From the NCBI GenBank assembly GCA_964386535.1, contig CAYLRY010000003.1, positions 39,210-103,209 of the forward strand: a stretch of 64,000 nt of DNA, written 5' to 3'. The notes beneath the pieces are model-generated. The model was given only the letters and a program-made list of their open reading frames with translations. It was not told where the DNA came from and did not search any database. This DNA comes from an uncultured Dehalococcoidales bacterium (GTDB lineage: Bacteria > Chloroflexota > Dehalococcoidia > Dehalococcoidales > UBA3254). The translations under genes and the position numbers were made by a program. Below are positions 28,648-38,771 of the stretch, in pieces (position 1 is the stretch's first letter; every line of letters starts with the position of its first letter).

Positions 28648-28908
28648 ATCGAAATATCCGGAACAACCCTTGATTCACCATCAAACAAAGCTAAACGAGC
28701 GTGGATTTTTTCACCAAATCAGTGCAGAAACCTTGTGCCTGTTTGAAGCTATTTGATGGCGGATTTTGGCAACTTGGACGCTGAACAATAAATTGAGCAC
28801 CATTGCTTCCTGTTCAGCCCGGCGTCGAGGGCAATCTTCAGGCATGAGAATACCTCAGGGGTCTGATTAGTTGATTCGATCTGTCAGGCTGTTATTTTTT
28901 GCGGCTTT

Positions 28909-29994
28909 TTAAGCTAATTGATATTCAAAGTATTCATTCTCGCAAGGACTGCCCAGCGCAATATAGACCTTCCGCGCCTTAGGGCAGTTGATGAGGCTGA
29001 CTAACGTTTTCGTCATTCTTCCCATGGGCAACGGAGCTTTCTGGTTAGGATGCCGGCAGATTGAATTTGGGAAATTATTATGGTCCTGTAATAACTGTTT
29101 CATTATCTCCACTGACAGGCGCCCGTGATGTTTGCTCATAAGCTGAAACAGTCTTTGACTGCGGATATAGGAATCAGGCATATGTGCTGGCGCCAGGTCA
29201 GCACTTTTAAAGCGGTCTGCTTTAAAACAATTGGCATGGCAAAGGATCCCATTCTCGGCAAAAAGGACTTCAACATCATCCGAGGTAACCTCAATATCCA
29301 TAATATCTCCCTGTTCGCTTGCCAGCAGATAGTTTTTTGCAGATCTTCTTCTGGCGGAGGCGATATTGCCAATTGCCTCTCCTATGGTTTCAGATGTCAG
29401 CACTTTCCTGAGGATCATGTGTGAAGGTACCTCACCTTGCGGTTTTAAAGAATCCCGGTTCCTGAGCAGGTTTAGATTTAAAGTGATACCGGCCGAATTC
29501 AAACCAATCAATCCCAGGCCCCCGGCGGGAGCCACTGCCAGAATATCGGGGCCCCGGGTTGGTTTCATCTTTAAAAGAACCATAATTTCTTCCCACATGT
29601 TTAGGTAATCAAGATTCTGCCCGGCTATGACCTCGCCGTTACCGGTGGCATCGCCTGAGGCGGCAAATGAGGTACACCCCATGAGAAACAACCCTGAGAT
29701 TTCATAAGTAATATTCAGGAGAAAAACATCTTGAAACTCCAATTTCGCTCCAGCCGCCATCCCTTTCATTTCATCCACAATCTCCGGTGCATACTCACGG
29801 GCTGGCGGCAGGTACATGGGGATATACTTTTCAGCCATCTCTTTAAACTTATTCTGGCCACCGAAAATCTGATGGTTGATTTCGAGAGCTTTGTGTATTT
29901 CGGGACAGGCTGTACCATATTGAAACCCCATATCATAAGAACTGCCGCATATCTCAACCACCTTGATTTTTCTATGGCCTTTAATATCAGACAT
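28909..29994 (-). CDS. C45-family Ntn-hydrolase (acyl-CoA:6-APA acyltransferase-like)
   Basis: G|CTSF autoprocessing Cys, GQNLD, GLNSAG, CHAN; GGAGG before ATG 29994. Confidence 0.85.
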   Translation of the reverse strand: MSDIKGHRKIKVVEICGSSYDMGFQYGTACPEIHKALEINHQIFGGQNKFKEMAEKYIPMYLPPAREYAPEIVDEMKGMAAGAKLEFQDVFLLNITYEISGLFLMGCTSFAASGDATGNGEVIAGQNLDYLNMWEEIMVLLKMKPTRGPDILAVAPAGGLGLIGLNSAGITLNLNLLRNRDSLKPQGEVPSHMILRKVLTSETIGEAIGNIASARRRSAKNYLLASEQGDIMDIEVTSDDVEVLFAENGILCHANCFKADRFKSADLAPAHMPDSYIRSQRLFQLMSKHHGRLSVEIMKQLLQDHNNFPNSICRHPNQKAPLPMGRMTKTLVSLINCPKARKVYIALGSPCENEYFEYQLA

Positions 29995-30240
29995 AATTCC
30001 CTCCCCAAATTCTATTTTAGATATTACCGTCTTCATTGTGAGAATCATCCATCCTGGATGGCAGCCGGCATCATTAAGGATGAATATACTTGCTGAAGAA
30101 GTGTTGGATACCCCACACTGGCTCAGGGGATTTGAACATAAAAACAATATTACCAGGTTTGACTATAAAAGGCAGCAACTCTTAAAATATATTACTAAGG
30201 AGAATCTCTAAATTGACGTTGCAGAAGAGGTCTAAAAGCA

Positions 30241-30319
<79 letters not shown>

Positions 30320-30404
30320 GCGCCACTATATTATAAGCGGAAACTGCTTTTAGAGCAACTTGCAACTTGACATTGATTATCCACGGTATAATAAGGAAGT
30401 GCTG

Positions 30405-31589
30405 ATGAAATATTGTATTCTGATTATTGATGGCGCAGCCGGGCACCCCCTGCCCCAGCGGGGAGGCAAGACCTGTCTGGAGCTGGCGCAGACCCCTGAG
30501 CTGGATGCTCTGGCTCGGGAGGGCTGCCTGGGTATGACCTGTAATGTACCGGAAGGCATGGAACCCAGCAGCGCCATCGCTTGTATGTCCATCCTGGGTT
30601 ATGACCCCCGCATCTATTACCGGGGACGCAGCGCTATTGAGGCGGTCAGCATGGGCATCCCCATCGGCAAAGGAGAAACCGTCTTTCGCTGCAATATGGT
30701 GGCAGTCCGTGACGGCGCAATGTTTGACTACAGCGCCGGGCATATCAGCACAGAAGAAGCCAGGCAGCTAATAGAGGCAGTGGACAAAAAGCTGGGCAAT
30801 ACAGATATTAAGTTTTATCCCGGTGTAAGTTACCGCCATATTTTAAAAATTAAGGGCCATGAAGAAGCTGTGGAAGCAATCTGCACGCCCCCACATGATA
30901 TTCCGGGCCAGCCGGTGGCAAAACATTTACCTAAGGGGAAAGGCAGCCGGCTTTTAATTGACCTCATGCAGCGCTCAGAGGCTGTCTTAAAGAACCACCC
31001 GGTTAACCTGGCCAGGATCTCCCGGGACGAACCCCCCGCCACCACCATTTGGCTTTTCTGGCCCAGCGGCCAGGTCCCTAAGTTACCTTCTTTCCAGCAA
31101 AACTACGGTCTCCGTGCTGCCATGATCAGCGGTGTTGACTTGCTGCGTGGATTGGCCCAAATGGCTGAAATGGAGATAATAAAAATACCTGGGGTTACGG
31201 ACGGACTGGATAACGATTACGTTGCCCAGGGTGAAGGCGCATTAAGAGCCCTGGAGAGCCGGGACCTGCTGGTGGTCCATGTAGAAGCCCCGGATGAAGC
31301 CGGTCATTCCGGTTCTATTGATCATAAGGTGGAAGCCATTGAACGAACGGATAAAGAGATTATCAGACGTTTACGGAATTATAAAACCCACCAGTTGCGC
31401 TTATTGGTACTCCCTGACCATCCCACCCCCATCGATATACAGACCCATACTGGCGAGGAGGTGCCTTTTTTGCTCTGGGGACCGGGATTTCCCCCTAATG
31501 GCGCCCGGCGTCTAACTGAGGCTGAAGCCAGGGCCGCCAACTTTTCTATTCCGGCAGGGTATGATATCATAAATAGGTTGATTAAATAA
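30405..31589 (+). CDS. apgM: Cofactor-independent phosphoglycerate mutase family (ApgM-like)
   Basis: LIIDGAA, PSSAIA, VSYRH, HVEAPDEAGH, LPDHPTP..THT. Confidence 0.85.
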   Translation: MKYCILIIDGAAGHPLPQRGGKTCLELAQTPELDALAREGCLGMTCNVPEGMEPSSAIACMSILGYDPRIYYRGRSAIEAVSMGIPIGKGETVFRCNMVAVRDGAMFDYSAGHISTEEARQLIEAVDKKLGNTDIKFYPGVSYRHILKIKGHEEAVEAICTPPHDIPGQPVAKHLPKGKGSRLLIDLMQRSEAVLKNHPVNLARISRDEPPATTIWLFWPSGQVPKLPSFQQNYGLRAAMISGVDLLRGLAQMAEMEIIKIPGVTDGLDNDYVAQGEGALRALESRDLLVVHVEAPDEAGHSGSIDHKVEAIERTDKEIIRRLRNYKTHQLRLLVLPDHPTPIDIQTHTGEEVPFLLWGPGFPPNGARRLTEAEARAANFSIPAGYDIINRLIK

Positions 31590-31593
31590 TTAT

Positions 31594-31754
31594 AAACGGA
31601 TAGGAGTTCCCTCCAGGATCCCGGTTGGGATTTAGCCTTCCACCCAGTAATTTTCACCTTAATGATACTGGCGCCCTGAGGATAATCGCCTGTCTGTTTA
31701 CTGAAGTTAAAAACATAACAATCAGGTGTGGGTATGGAAACGCGCCCACTTTTT
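31594..31754 (+). promoter_or_regulatory. Structured leader plus intrinsic terminator upstream of aspartate kinase (candidate attenuator or ncRNA)
   Basis: 11-bp stem 31594-31604/31689-31699 with internal hairpins, followed by GTGGGTATG-GAAA-CGCGCCCAC-TTTTT. Confidence 0.5.
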
Positions 31755-31817
31755 ACAGTTGGGTTTAAACCCGTGGCGCCGTCTTTATGACAGGTTAAAA
31801 TCAATAAGAGGACTGAA

Positions 31818-33038
31818 ATGCCAATAGTTGTCCAAAAATACGGGGGCAGTTCGGTGGCGGATCCCGATAAAATCCGCAATGTAGCCCTTAGAGTCGGTAA
31901 ATCTCATGATTCAGGTAATCAGGTGGTAGTGGTCATATCTGCTATGGGAGATACTACGGACGACCTGACAGCCCTGGCTCATAAAATAACGGATAAGCCG
32001 GACAGCCGTGAGATGGATATGCTGCTTTCTACCGGTGAGATTGTCTCAGCCGCCCTTCTAACTATGGCGCTGCATAAATTGGGATATAAAGCCATCAGCC
32101 TAAGTGGCCGGCAGGCCGGCATTCAAACAGATGACTCTTACAGTAAGGCCAAGATCCTTAAGGTAGAATCGGACAGAATAGTCAAAGAACTGAATGAGGA
32201 TAATATTGTGGTAGTAGCCGGTTTTCAGGGTATTACAGATGATTCTGATATAACCACTCTGGGCCGTGGAGGTTCGGATACCACAGCCGTAGCACTGGCC
32301 ATCAGCCTTAAAGCTAAAGTGTGCGAACGTTATACTGACGTTGACGGCATTTATACCACTGATCCGCGTTATTGTTCTGAAGCGCGTAAGCTCAAGGAAC
32401 TGGCTTACGAAGAAATGCTGGAGCTAACATCCACCAGCAGTTCTAAAGCCATGCATATCCGCGCCATCGAGCTGGCCGGAGTTTATAATATGCCTATTCT
32501 AGTAGCTTCAAGCTTTAATGATAGCCCTGGGACATTGATACACGGAGGAGAATCCATGGAACTACGAAATAAGGTCAGGGGAATTGCACATGACCTGGAT
32601 GTAGCCAAAATTACTATTACCGGGATCCCCAATCAGCCGGGTATTGCAGCCGCCATTTTTGAACCTCTGGCCAAATCCGGTATCAGCGTGGATACCATTG
32701 TACAAAACGCCTTTTTGGAACAATTTGCAGACCTGACTTTCACTGTCACCAGGGGTGATCTTAAGAAAGCCAGCGATATTATCCAGTCTGTAGCCAAATC
32801 CATCAAGGCTAAAGATGTGGTCACTGATGACAAGCTCGGCAAAGTGAGCATTGTGGGAACGGGCATGCAAAATACCCCCGGTTATGCCTCTAAGATGTTT
32901 AGCGCTCTCAGCCAGGAAAAGATCAATATCCAGTTGATTACTACCTCCGAGATTCGTATCACCTGTATAATCGAAGAATCCAGGATGAAGGACGCTGTGC
33001 GCGCTTTGCACAAAGCCTTTGAGCTGGAAAAAGACTAG
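31818..33038 (+). CDS. lysC: Aspartate kinase (alpha subunit; two ACT domains)
   Basis: VQKYGGSSV, SAMGDTTD, VAGFQG, TLGRGGSDTTA, YTDVDG.YTTDP, SIVGTGM, TTSEIRI. Confidence 0.95.
   Translation: MPIVVQKYGGSSVADPDKIRNVALRVGKSHDSGNQVVVVISAMGDTTDDLTALAHKITDKPDSREMDMLLSTGEIVSAALLTMALHKLGYKAISLSGRQAGIQTDDSYSKAKILKVESDRIVKELNEDNIVVVAGFQGITDDSDITTLGRGGSDTTAVALAISLKAKVCERYTDVDGIYTTDPRYCSEARKLKELAYEEMLELTSTSSSKAMHIRAIELAGVYNMPILVASSFNDSPGTLIHGGESMELRNKVRGIAHDLDVAKITITGIPNQPGIAAAIFEPLAKSGISVDTIVQNAFLEQFADLTFTVTRGDLKKASDIIQSVAKSIKAKDVVTDDKLGKVSIVGTGMQNTPGYASKMFSALSQEKINIQLITTSEIRITCIIEESRMKDAVRALHKAFELEKD
32556..33038 (+). CDS. Aspartate kinase beta subunit (nested, same frame)
   Basis: GGAGG at 32544-32548 precedes in-frame ATG 32556 (MELRNKVRGIA) exactly at the kinase/ACT boundary. 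Confidence 0.65.
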   Translation: MELRNKVRGIAHDLDVAKITITGIPNQPGIAAAIFEPLAKSGISVDTIVQNAFLEQFADLTFTVTRGDLKKASDIIQSVAKSIKAKDVVTDDKLGKVSIVGTGMQNTPGYASKMFSALSQEKINIQLITTSEIRITCIIEESRMKDAVRALHKAFELEKD

Positions 33039-33076
33039 ATAGCGGTCTCATCAGACCTTTCGTTATCAATAACAGT

Positions 33077-33107
33077 AAGGGGATATCAACACTATATCCC
33101 CTTTTTT
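33077..33107 (+). terminator. Intrinsic terminator after aspartate kinase
   Basis: AAGGGGATAT-N7-ATATCCCCTT followed by a T run. Confidence 0.85.
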
Positions 33108-33349
33108 ATTACAACAGTACTTGACGGGCCAGGTCCGGTCCGCAACGGGCCGGGTAAACCGGTTTTCCGGGCAGGCAGTTTCCGGATATTATTATTTAAG
33201 GTTTAGAAATTCGAGTTTAGAGTAAGCGCTATATCCGGGATAGGACTTTAGGGCCACAAATTAACATAATTACTTGTCTCAAACCTCCGGCACGAGGTAC
33301 AATGTAACTAATAAAGGTTTAATTTTAGGGATTTTTACGGAGTATTAAG

Positions 33350-34162
33350 ATGGCATATCAGGAAGACCAGAGAGGCAAACTAAGACGGCAATCCAGTAAA
33401 CAGGCCATTGCACTGGCCATGGAAGGTCGCTGGCAGGAATCCATTGCTGTCAATCAGGGCATTCTCCAGAATTTTCCCCATGATGTGGATGCCTTTAACC
33501 GCCTGGGGAAAGCTTATATGGAACTGGGTGATTATAGCCGGGCAAAAGAAGCTTATACACAGGCCTTGCAATTGGACCAGTATAATACCATCGCTAAAAA
33601 GAACCTTCAGCGCCTGGAGCATCTGGGCGACGCTCCCATCGTAGCGCCTGATAACAATGCCGAAAAAGCTGAGCCGCATCTCTTTATTGAAGAGATAGGT
33701 AAAGCCGGAGTACTCAATCTTAATCAGATAGCGCCTGCGGAAAGACTGATGACCATGATGGCAGGTGACAAAGTGGTATTAAAACCCCAGGGCGCCAGCC
33801 TGGTGGTTGAAAATGTCCGGGGAGAATATCTGGGGTTGGTACCCTCCAAGCAGGGACAGAGATTGATAAAATTGATGGCCGGAGGTAACAAATATACGGC
33901 AGCTATTGTTACCGCCAGCGAAAATTCAATCTCAGTCATCATCAGAGAGACTTACCAGGACCCCAGTCAGATTGACCAGGTTTCCTTCCCGGGTAAACGT
34001 ATCGAAGAAATACAGCCCTATGTCAGCGATAGGGTGTTCAAATCTGAGTATGAAGAAGGGGAAGATCTGATAGAAGGGACTCCTTTCGAGGAAGGTGTTG
34101 AGACTCCGGAGGAAGTCATAGAGGATGTGGAAGAAGAGAAAGAATGGGAACAGGAAATTTAA
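33350..34162 (+). CDS. Tetratricopeptide-repeat protein with acidic C-terminus
   Basis: DAFNRLGKAYMELGDYSRAKEAYTQALQLDQYNTIA TPR; Glu-rich tail. Confidence 0.8.
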   Translation: MAYQEDQRGKLRRQSSKQAIALAMEGRWQESIAVNQGILQNFPHDVDAFNRLGKAYMELGDYSRAKEAYTQALQLDQYNTIAKKNLQRLEHLGDAPIVAPDNNAEKAEPHLFIEEIGKAGVLNLNQIAPAERLMTMMAGDKVVLKPQGASLVVENVRGEYLGLVPSKQGQRLIKLMAGGNKYTAAIVTASENSISVIIRETYQDPSQIDQVSFPGKRIEEIQPYVSDRVFKSEYEEGEDLIEGTPFEEGVETPEEVIEDVEEEKEWEQEI

Positions 34163-34209
34163 CCGGTCAAAATGGTGTTTTAGAACAATAACAGGAGGTT
34201 TAACCTTAA

Positions 34210-36642
34210 ATGATAGCAGGGGCCACCCGGGATGTAAATATTGAGGAAGAATTAAAGAGTTCTTACCTGGACTATGCTATGAGCGTCATCGTCTCCCGGG
34301 CTTTGCCGGACGTACGGGATGGGTTGAAACCGGTACAGCGCCGGATTCTTTATGCCATGCAGGACATGGGATTAACCCGTAGCAGCGCACATAAAAAGAG
34401 CGCCCGCATTGTGGGTGAAGTGCTGGGCAAGTATCATCCCCATGGTGATGCCTCAGTGTATGATACCATGGTCCGCCTTGCGCAGGACTTTTCCATGCGC
34501 TATCCGCTGATAGACGGACAGGGCAACTTTGGAAGCGTTGATAATGATCCTCCTGCAGCCATGCGCTATACTGAAGCCCGTCTTTCAGCCATTGCTGAAC
34601 AGATGCTGGTGGATATTGAAAAAGACACTGTTGATTTCGTACCCAATTTTGATGATAGCCTGAGAGAACCTGCCGTATTGCCCGCCCTCCTACCGAACTT
34701 GCTGGTCAACGGAAGTTCCGGGATTGCAGTGGGCATGGCAACCAATATTCCGCCCCACAATTTGATTGAGGTCTGTGACGCAGTTTCTTTCCTGGTAGAT
34801 AACCCTGAAGCTACCGTCGATGACCTGATGCAGTTTATTAAAGGACCTGATTTTCCTACCGCAGGCATTATTTTGGGCAAAGACGGTATACGCAGTGCCT
34901 ACGCTACCGGACATGGGCGGGTGGTAGTACGGGCTAAGGTACATGTGGCAGACATCCCTGGAGGACTGGGACGGCGTGAAATAATCGTTACCGAATTGCC
35001 TTATCAGACCAACAAGGCCGCCCTGGTGGAACGCATTGCAGGGCTGGTGAAGGACAAAAAAGTAACCGGAATCAGTGAAGTCCGTGATGAGTCTGACCGT
35101 CAGGGTATGCGGGTGGTGATTGAACTGAAAAGAGAGGCTCAACCCCCCCAGGTCCTGAACGCCCTGTATAAATATACAGCCATGCAATCCGCTTTCTTCG
35201 TGAACATGCTGGCCCTGGTAGATGGTCAACCCCGTGTTATCAGCCTGAAAGAAGCTCTGGACTATTATATACAGTTCCGACAGGAAGTTATCACTCGCCG
35301 GACCAAATTTGATCTAGCAGGGGCTAAAGCCCGGGCCCATATTCTGGAAGGACTCAAGATTGCCCTGGACCACATAGATGAGGTTATCAGGACCATCAGG
35401 GAATCCGAGACCGCCGATACGGCCCGCAAGAATCTGATGTCCAAATTCGGTCTTTCGCAGATTCAGTCTCAGGCTATACTGGATATGCAGTTACGCAGAC
35501 TGGCTAACCTTGAACGCAACAAGATTCTGGAGGAATACGAACAGGTATTGAAAACCATTGCTTATCTGGAAGACCTTCTGGCTAACAAGAAAAAAATCCT
35601 CTTTCTGGTTAAGGAAGAGATCAGCCAGCTAAAATCTAAACACGGTGACGCCCGCCGGACAGAGATCAGCGAACAGGCTGTTATGGACTTTGTGATAGAA
35701 GAGGTCCCTCATGAGAGGGTGGTGGTAACTCTTAGCGGACGCGGTTTCATTAAAAGGATACCAGCCGCGGTCTACCGCTCCCAGCACAGGCGCGGCAAAG
35801 GCGTTAAAGGCATGGGAATCCGGGAAGCGGATGCCGTGAAATTCCTGAGTGTAGCGGATACCCACGATAATCTGTTCTTTTTCACCAATCTGGGGAAAGT
35901 CTATCATCTGAAATGTCACGAAATACCGGCAGATGCCTCCCGAACAGCTAAAGGTCTGGCAATAGTCAATCTTTTCCCCATTGTAGAAGGAGAAAGGGTC
36001 ACGGCCATAGTGTCAGTGACTGATTTCAAACCGGACAGCTATCTGTTGATGGCTACGGAAAAAGGCGAGATCAAGAAAACCGCCCTTGAATATTTCGAGT
36101 CCGTGCGTAACAGTGGTATCATTGCCATGGATCTGGAGGAAGGCGATGAACTGGTAGCCGCCGGTCTGGCTTCAGACCAGGATGATGTGGTGTTAATTAC
36201 TGAACAGGGTCAGTCGATCCGCTTTCTGGTTGAAAGCCTGCGCAGCAGTTCACGTACCTCTGGTGGAGTCCGCGGGATCCGCCTGGAAGAGGGGGATAAA
36301 CTAGTCAGCATGTCCGTTGTCATCCCGGAGGCTTACCTGCTGGTTGTAACTGATAACGGCTATGGAAAGCTGACGCCTATTGCTTATTATAAACAGCAGG
36401 CCAGGGGTGGCGTAGGTATCAAGACCTTAAAGGTTACGGACAAAACGGGTAAAGTGGCGGCTGCCAGGCTGGTTACCCAGTCCCAGCAGTTGATGATCAT
36501 ATCCAAAGACGGCATGGTCATGTCAACCCCGGTCAAGGATGCTGAAGGTGGAATTCCGGTTCTGGGCAGAGATACCCAGGGTGTTATAATAATGCGAACT
36601 GAAGAAGGAGACTGCGTAGCGGCAATTGCCGCCTGGGATTAA
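34210..36642 (+). CDS. gyrA: DNA gyrase subunit A
   Basis: [31 protein letters not shown] catalytic Tyr, GyrA-box QHRRGKG, beta-pinwheel C-terminal domain. Confidence 0.97.
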   Translation: MIAGATRDVNIEEELKSSYLDYAMSVIVSRALPDVRDGLKPVQRRILYAMQDMGLTRSSAHKKSARIVGEVLGKYHPHGDASVYDTMVRLAQDFSMRYPLIDGQGNFGSVDNDPPAAMRYTEARLSAIAEQMLVDIEKDTVDFVPNFDDSLREPAVLPALLPNLLVNGSSGIAVGMATNIPPHNLIEVCDAVSFLVDNPEATVDDLMQFIKGPDFPTAGIILGKDGIRSAYATGHGRVVVRAKVHVADIPGGLGRREIIVTELPYQTNKAALVERIAGLVKDKKVTGISEVRDESDRQGMRVVIELKREAQPPQVLNALYKYTAMQSAFFVNMLALVDGQPRVISLKEALDYYIQFRQEVITRRTKFDLAGAKARAHILEGLKIALDHIDEVIRTIRESETADTARKNLMSKFGLSQIQSQAILDMQLRRLANLERNKILEEYEQVLKTIAYLEDLLANKKKILFLVKEEISQLKSKHGDARRTEISEQAVMDFVIEEVPHERVVVTLSGRGFIKRIPAAVYRSQHRRGKGVKGMGIREADAVKFLSVADTHDNLFFFTNLGKVYHLKCHEIPADASRTAKGLAIVNLFPIVEGERVTAIVSVTDFKPDSYLLMATEKGEIKKTALEYFESVRNSGIIAMDLEEGDELVAAGLASDQDDVVLITEQGQSIRFLVESLRSSSRTSGGVRGIRLEEGDKLVSMSVVIPEAYLLVVTDNGYGKLTPIAYYKQQARGGVGIKTLKVTDKTGKVAAARLVTQSQQLMIISKDGMVMSTPVKDAEGGIPVLGRDTQGVIIMRTEEGDCVAAIAAWD

Positions 36643-36810
36643 TAGCAGTTACGAGCCTGGCTTTGGGATTTGAAGTTTAGCGGAGCAGATAAACCTGAAG
36701 CAGAACGGTAGTTATACCTGCTTTATTATCACGCGGATACAGGCCCAGGTGATTTTGCGCTCTATCTAGTACCGGTTCCGGGATCCAGGAAGGGGAATTC
36801 AACTTTAGCT

Positions 36811-37482
36811 TTAAATTATATAACGGCTCCTGATCTTTTCGATCAGCCTTTCAGGATTAACAACAAGAATGTCATGTAACAGCGGTTCGTCAAGACCAGC
36901 GCCCAGGGCTACAGCGCTGGCAAAGGCGTCAGTCAGTATCTCCGTGTCTTTATGGGCATCCGAATCGACCAGCATTTTAGCTCCGGCAGCCAGAGCCGTT
37001 TTAACTACATGTCCATTGGTCAGAGAGTGCCCTTTGCGGGCGCTGATTTCGAGGAAGATGCCGTTCTGGGCTGCTAGTTGAGCTTCTTCCAGGGTGATCA
37101 TACCAGGGTGGGCCAGGATATCAACATCCGGACAGGTTACAGCCGCCAGATCGGTCCCTTTCTCTACCGGCTCCACGATGGTTTCACCATGAACTACCAC
37201 TATCCAGGCGCCCATTTCTCGGGCTTTCTTAGCGGTTTGCGCAATCATTACCGCCGGTTCGTGTGTCAGTTCTACCCCGGGAATAGCCAAAATGTTCCAG
37301 TGATCTCGCGCCAGGGCGCATATTCTGACTATCTCCGGTATTATACGCTGCATATCGGCTGAAGTAGCATGGTCCGTAAGGGCATAAGCCGGGCAGCCGT
37401 TAGCCACCGCCTGGCGTATCATCTCGACAGGTGCATATTCACCGTCACTGAGTGTAGAATGAGTATGTAGATCGTAGACCAT
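36811..37482 (-). CDS. PHP-domain protein (histidinol-phosphate phosphatase-like)
   Basis: DLHTHS, LTDH, GVELTH, VVHGE, ILAHPG, DSDAH. Confidence 0.85.
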   Translation of the reverse strand: MVYDLHTHSTLSDGEYAPVEMIRQAVANGCPAYALTDHATSADMQRIIPEIVRICALARDHWNILAIPGVELTHEPAVMIAQTAKKAREMGAWIVVVHGETIVEPVEKGTDLAAVTCPDVDILAHPGMITLEEAQLAAQNGIFLEISARKGHSLTNGHVVKTALAAGAKMLVDSDAHKDTEILTDAFASAVALGAGLDEPLLHDILVVNPERLIEKIRSRYII

Positions 37483-37851
37483 CTGCTAACCTTTTATCAA
37501 ACTGTAATTTGAGGATAACATAAAGAGACTTTCAGAGCAACCGGAACCTATCAAAAAACTGAACCGGATTTCTAAAAAAACCCCCCATTCCAGCCAGCCA
37601 CCGGCGCCCTCAAGGCTGGAAGTCAACTTCCGCTGGAATGTCTGCCAGTTAAATATTAAAACTGAAAAATAACTGGAATTTTTTGTTCTTTGATTTGTTC
37701 CTTTCGTTTTTTATTCTTAATTTCTTAGTTTCTTTTTTATACGGGTGTGTTTGAAGCGTCTTAACAAATATCCTGATATCCTTGTATAACCATTCATTCA
37801 TTTAATATACTGTAATCGTAGCCTGACTGTTTGAGACTGAAATAGGAGGAA

Positions 37852-38550
37852 ATGATGGATCCCAGGGCATTATTTAAGATAGGTTATGGTGTTTATATAG
37901 TTGGTTCACGCTCGGGCGAAAAAATAAATGCCCAGATTGCCAATACCGTATTTCAAATAACTTCAGAACCCCCCACCCTGGCTGTCAGCATCAACAAGAA
38001 AAATTTAACGCATGAATATATCCAGGATAGCAGGGTTTTTGCCGCCACTGTACTTCTTGAAGACACTCCCCTGTCCTTTATAGGCAGCTTCGGCTTCAAA
38101 TCCGGCAAGGATATCAACAAATTCGAAGGCATAAACTATAAGACTGGGACGAACGGAGCTCCCATCGTCCTAGACCATGCCGCAGCCTATATTGAGGCCA
38201 AAGTGATCCAGTCCATGGACGTGGGAACCCATACCATCTTCATAGGTCAGGTGACGGATGCCGCGGTACTGACTGATAAGACCCCAATGTCCTATTCTTA
38301 TTATCATGAAGTAAAGCGCGGTACTACACCCAAAACTGCGCCCAGTTATGTTGAGATTAAGAAAGAGGCGCCTGCGCCGCCTGAACCAGCGCCGGTAAAA
38401 TATAAATGTGGTGTTTGCGGCTATATTTATGACCCTGTTCAGGGCGATCCTGATAGCGGGATAAAACCGGGCACACCCTTTGAGTCTATACCGGATGACT
38501 GGGTATGCCCTGTTTGCGGAGCAGACAAAAGCCAGTTCCAAAAAATATGA
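37852..38550 (+). CDS. Flavin reductase-rubredoxin fusion (high-molecular-weight rubredoxin-like)
   Basis: Flavin-reductase domain (GTHTIFIG) plus rubredoxin [10 protein letters not shown]...[10 protein letters not shown]. Confidence 0.9.
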   Translation: MMDPRALFKIGYGVYIVGSRSGEKINAQIANTVFQITSEPPTLAVSINKKNLTHEYIQDSRVFAATVLLEDTPLSFIGSFGFKSGKDINKFEGINYKTGTNGAPIVLDHAAAYIEAKVIQSMDVGTHTIFIGQVTDAAVLTDKTPMSYSYYHEVKRGTTPKTAPSYVEIKKEAPAPPEPAPVKYKCGVCGYIYDPVQGDPDSGIKPGTPFESIPDDWVCPVCGADKSQFQKI

Positions 38551-38601
38551 AAATTAACCTCGAGCCAGGGATTTCTTGAATGGCCGCGGGTTTGAAAATG
38601 G

Positions 38602-38640
38602 GAGAGCCGGGCAGATTTTTCTATCTGCCGGCTCTCTTTC
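38602..38640 (+). terminator. Hairpin terminator after rubredoxin fusion
   Basis: GAGAGCCGG(G)CAGAT...ATCTGCCGGCTCTC-TTT. Confidence 0.7.
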
Positions 38641-38771
38641 CTTTACATTAGACTCCTTTTTCAGTTACAATTTTCAGCGGGTAAGAATTTGCAACCTTTA
38701 ATTATCGGTTTCAACTTTTACCGTTTGATTCTAATTATATGCCGTCTAAGCCGGGTTAAGGAGGCCTTTTT

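Noticed and set aside
28690-28860. Minus-strand EVFSCLKIALDAG, reminiscent of four-helix-bundle proteins
   Set aside because: Too short and interrupted to support without a search.
30367-30392. TTGACA...TATAAT upstream of the apgM-like gene
   Set aside because: The spacer is only 14 nt, so it is not called as a canonical promoter.
31594-31754. Lysine riboswitch, SAM-I or T-box assignment for the ask leader
   Set aside because: Diagnostic consensus elements were not found (AGAGGUGC with loop-E arrangement, AUC.AGAG/GCAACC, GGUGG.ACC). Kept only as an unknown structure.
31379-31879. 166-aa minus-strand ORF across the ask leader
   Set aside because: Antisense to two genes with no motif; the region is better explained by RNA structure.
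37660-37690. AATTCCAG(G)TTATTT shared with the 7.68-kb leader
   Set aside because: Short AT-rich match with different surrounding folds; compatible with chance.
38672-38771. T-box leaders upstream of glyQS (and of hisS at 62740-62879)
   Set aside because: Leaders are too short and lack the T-box sequence and terminator.
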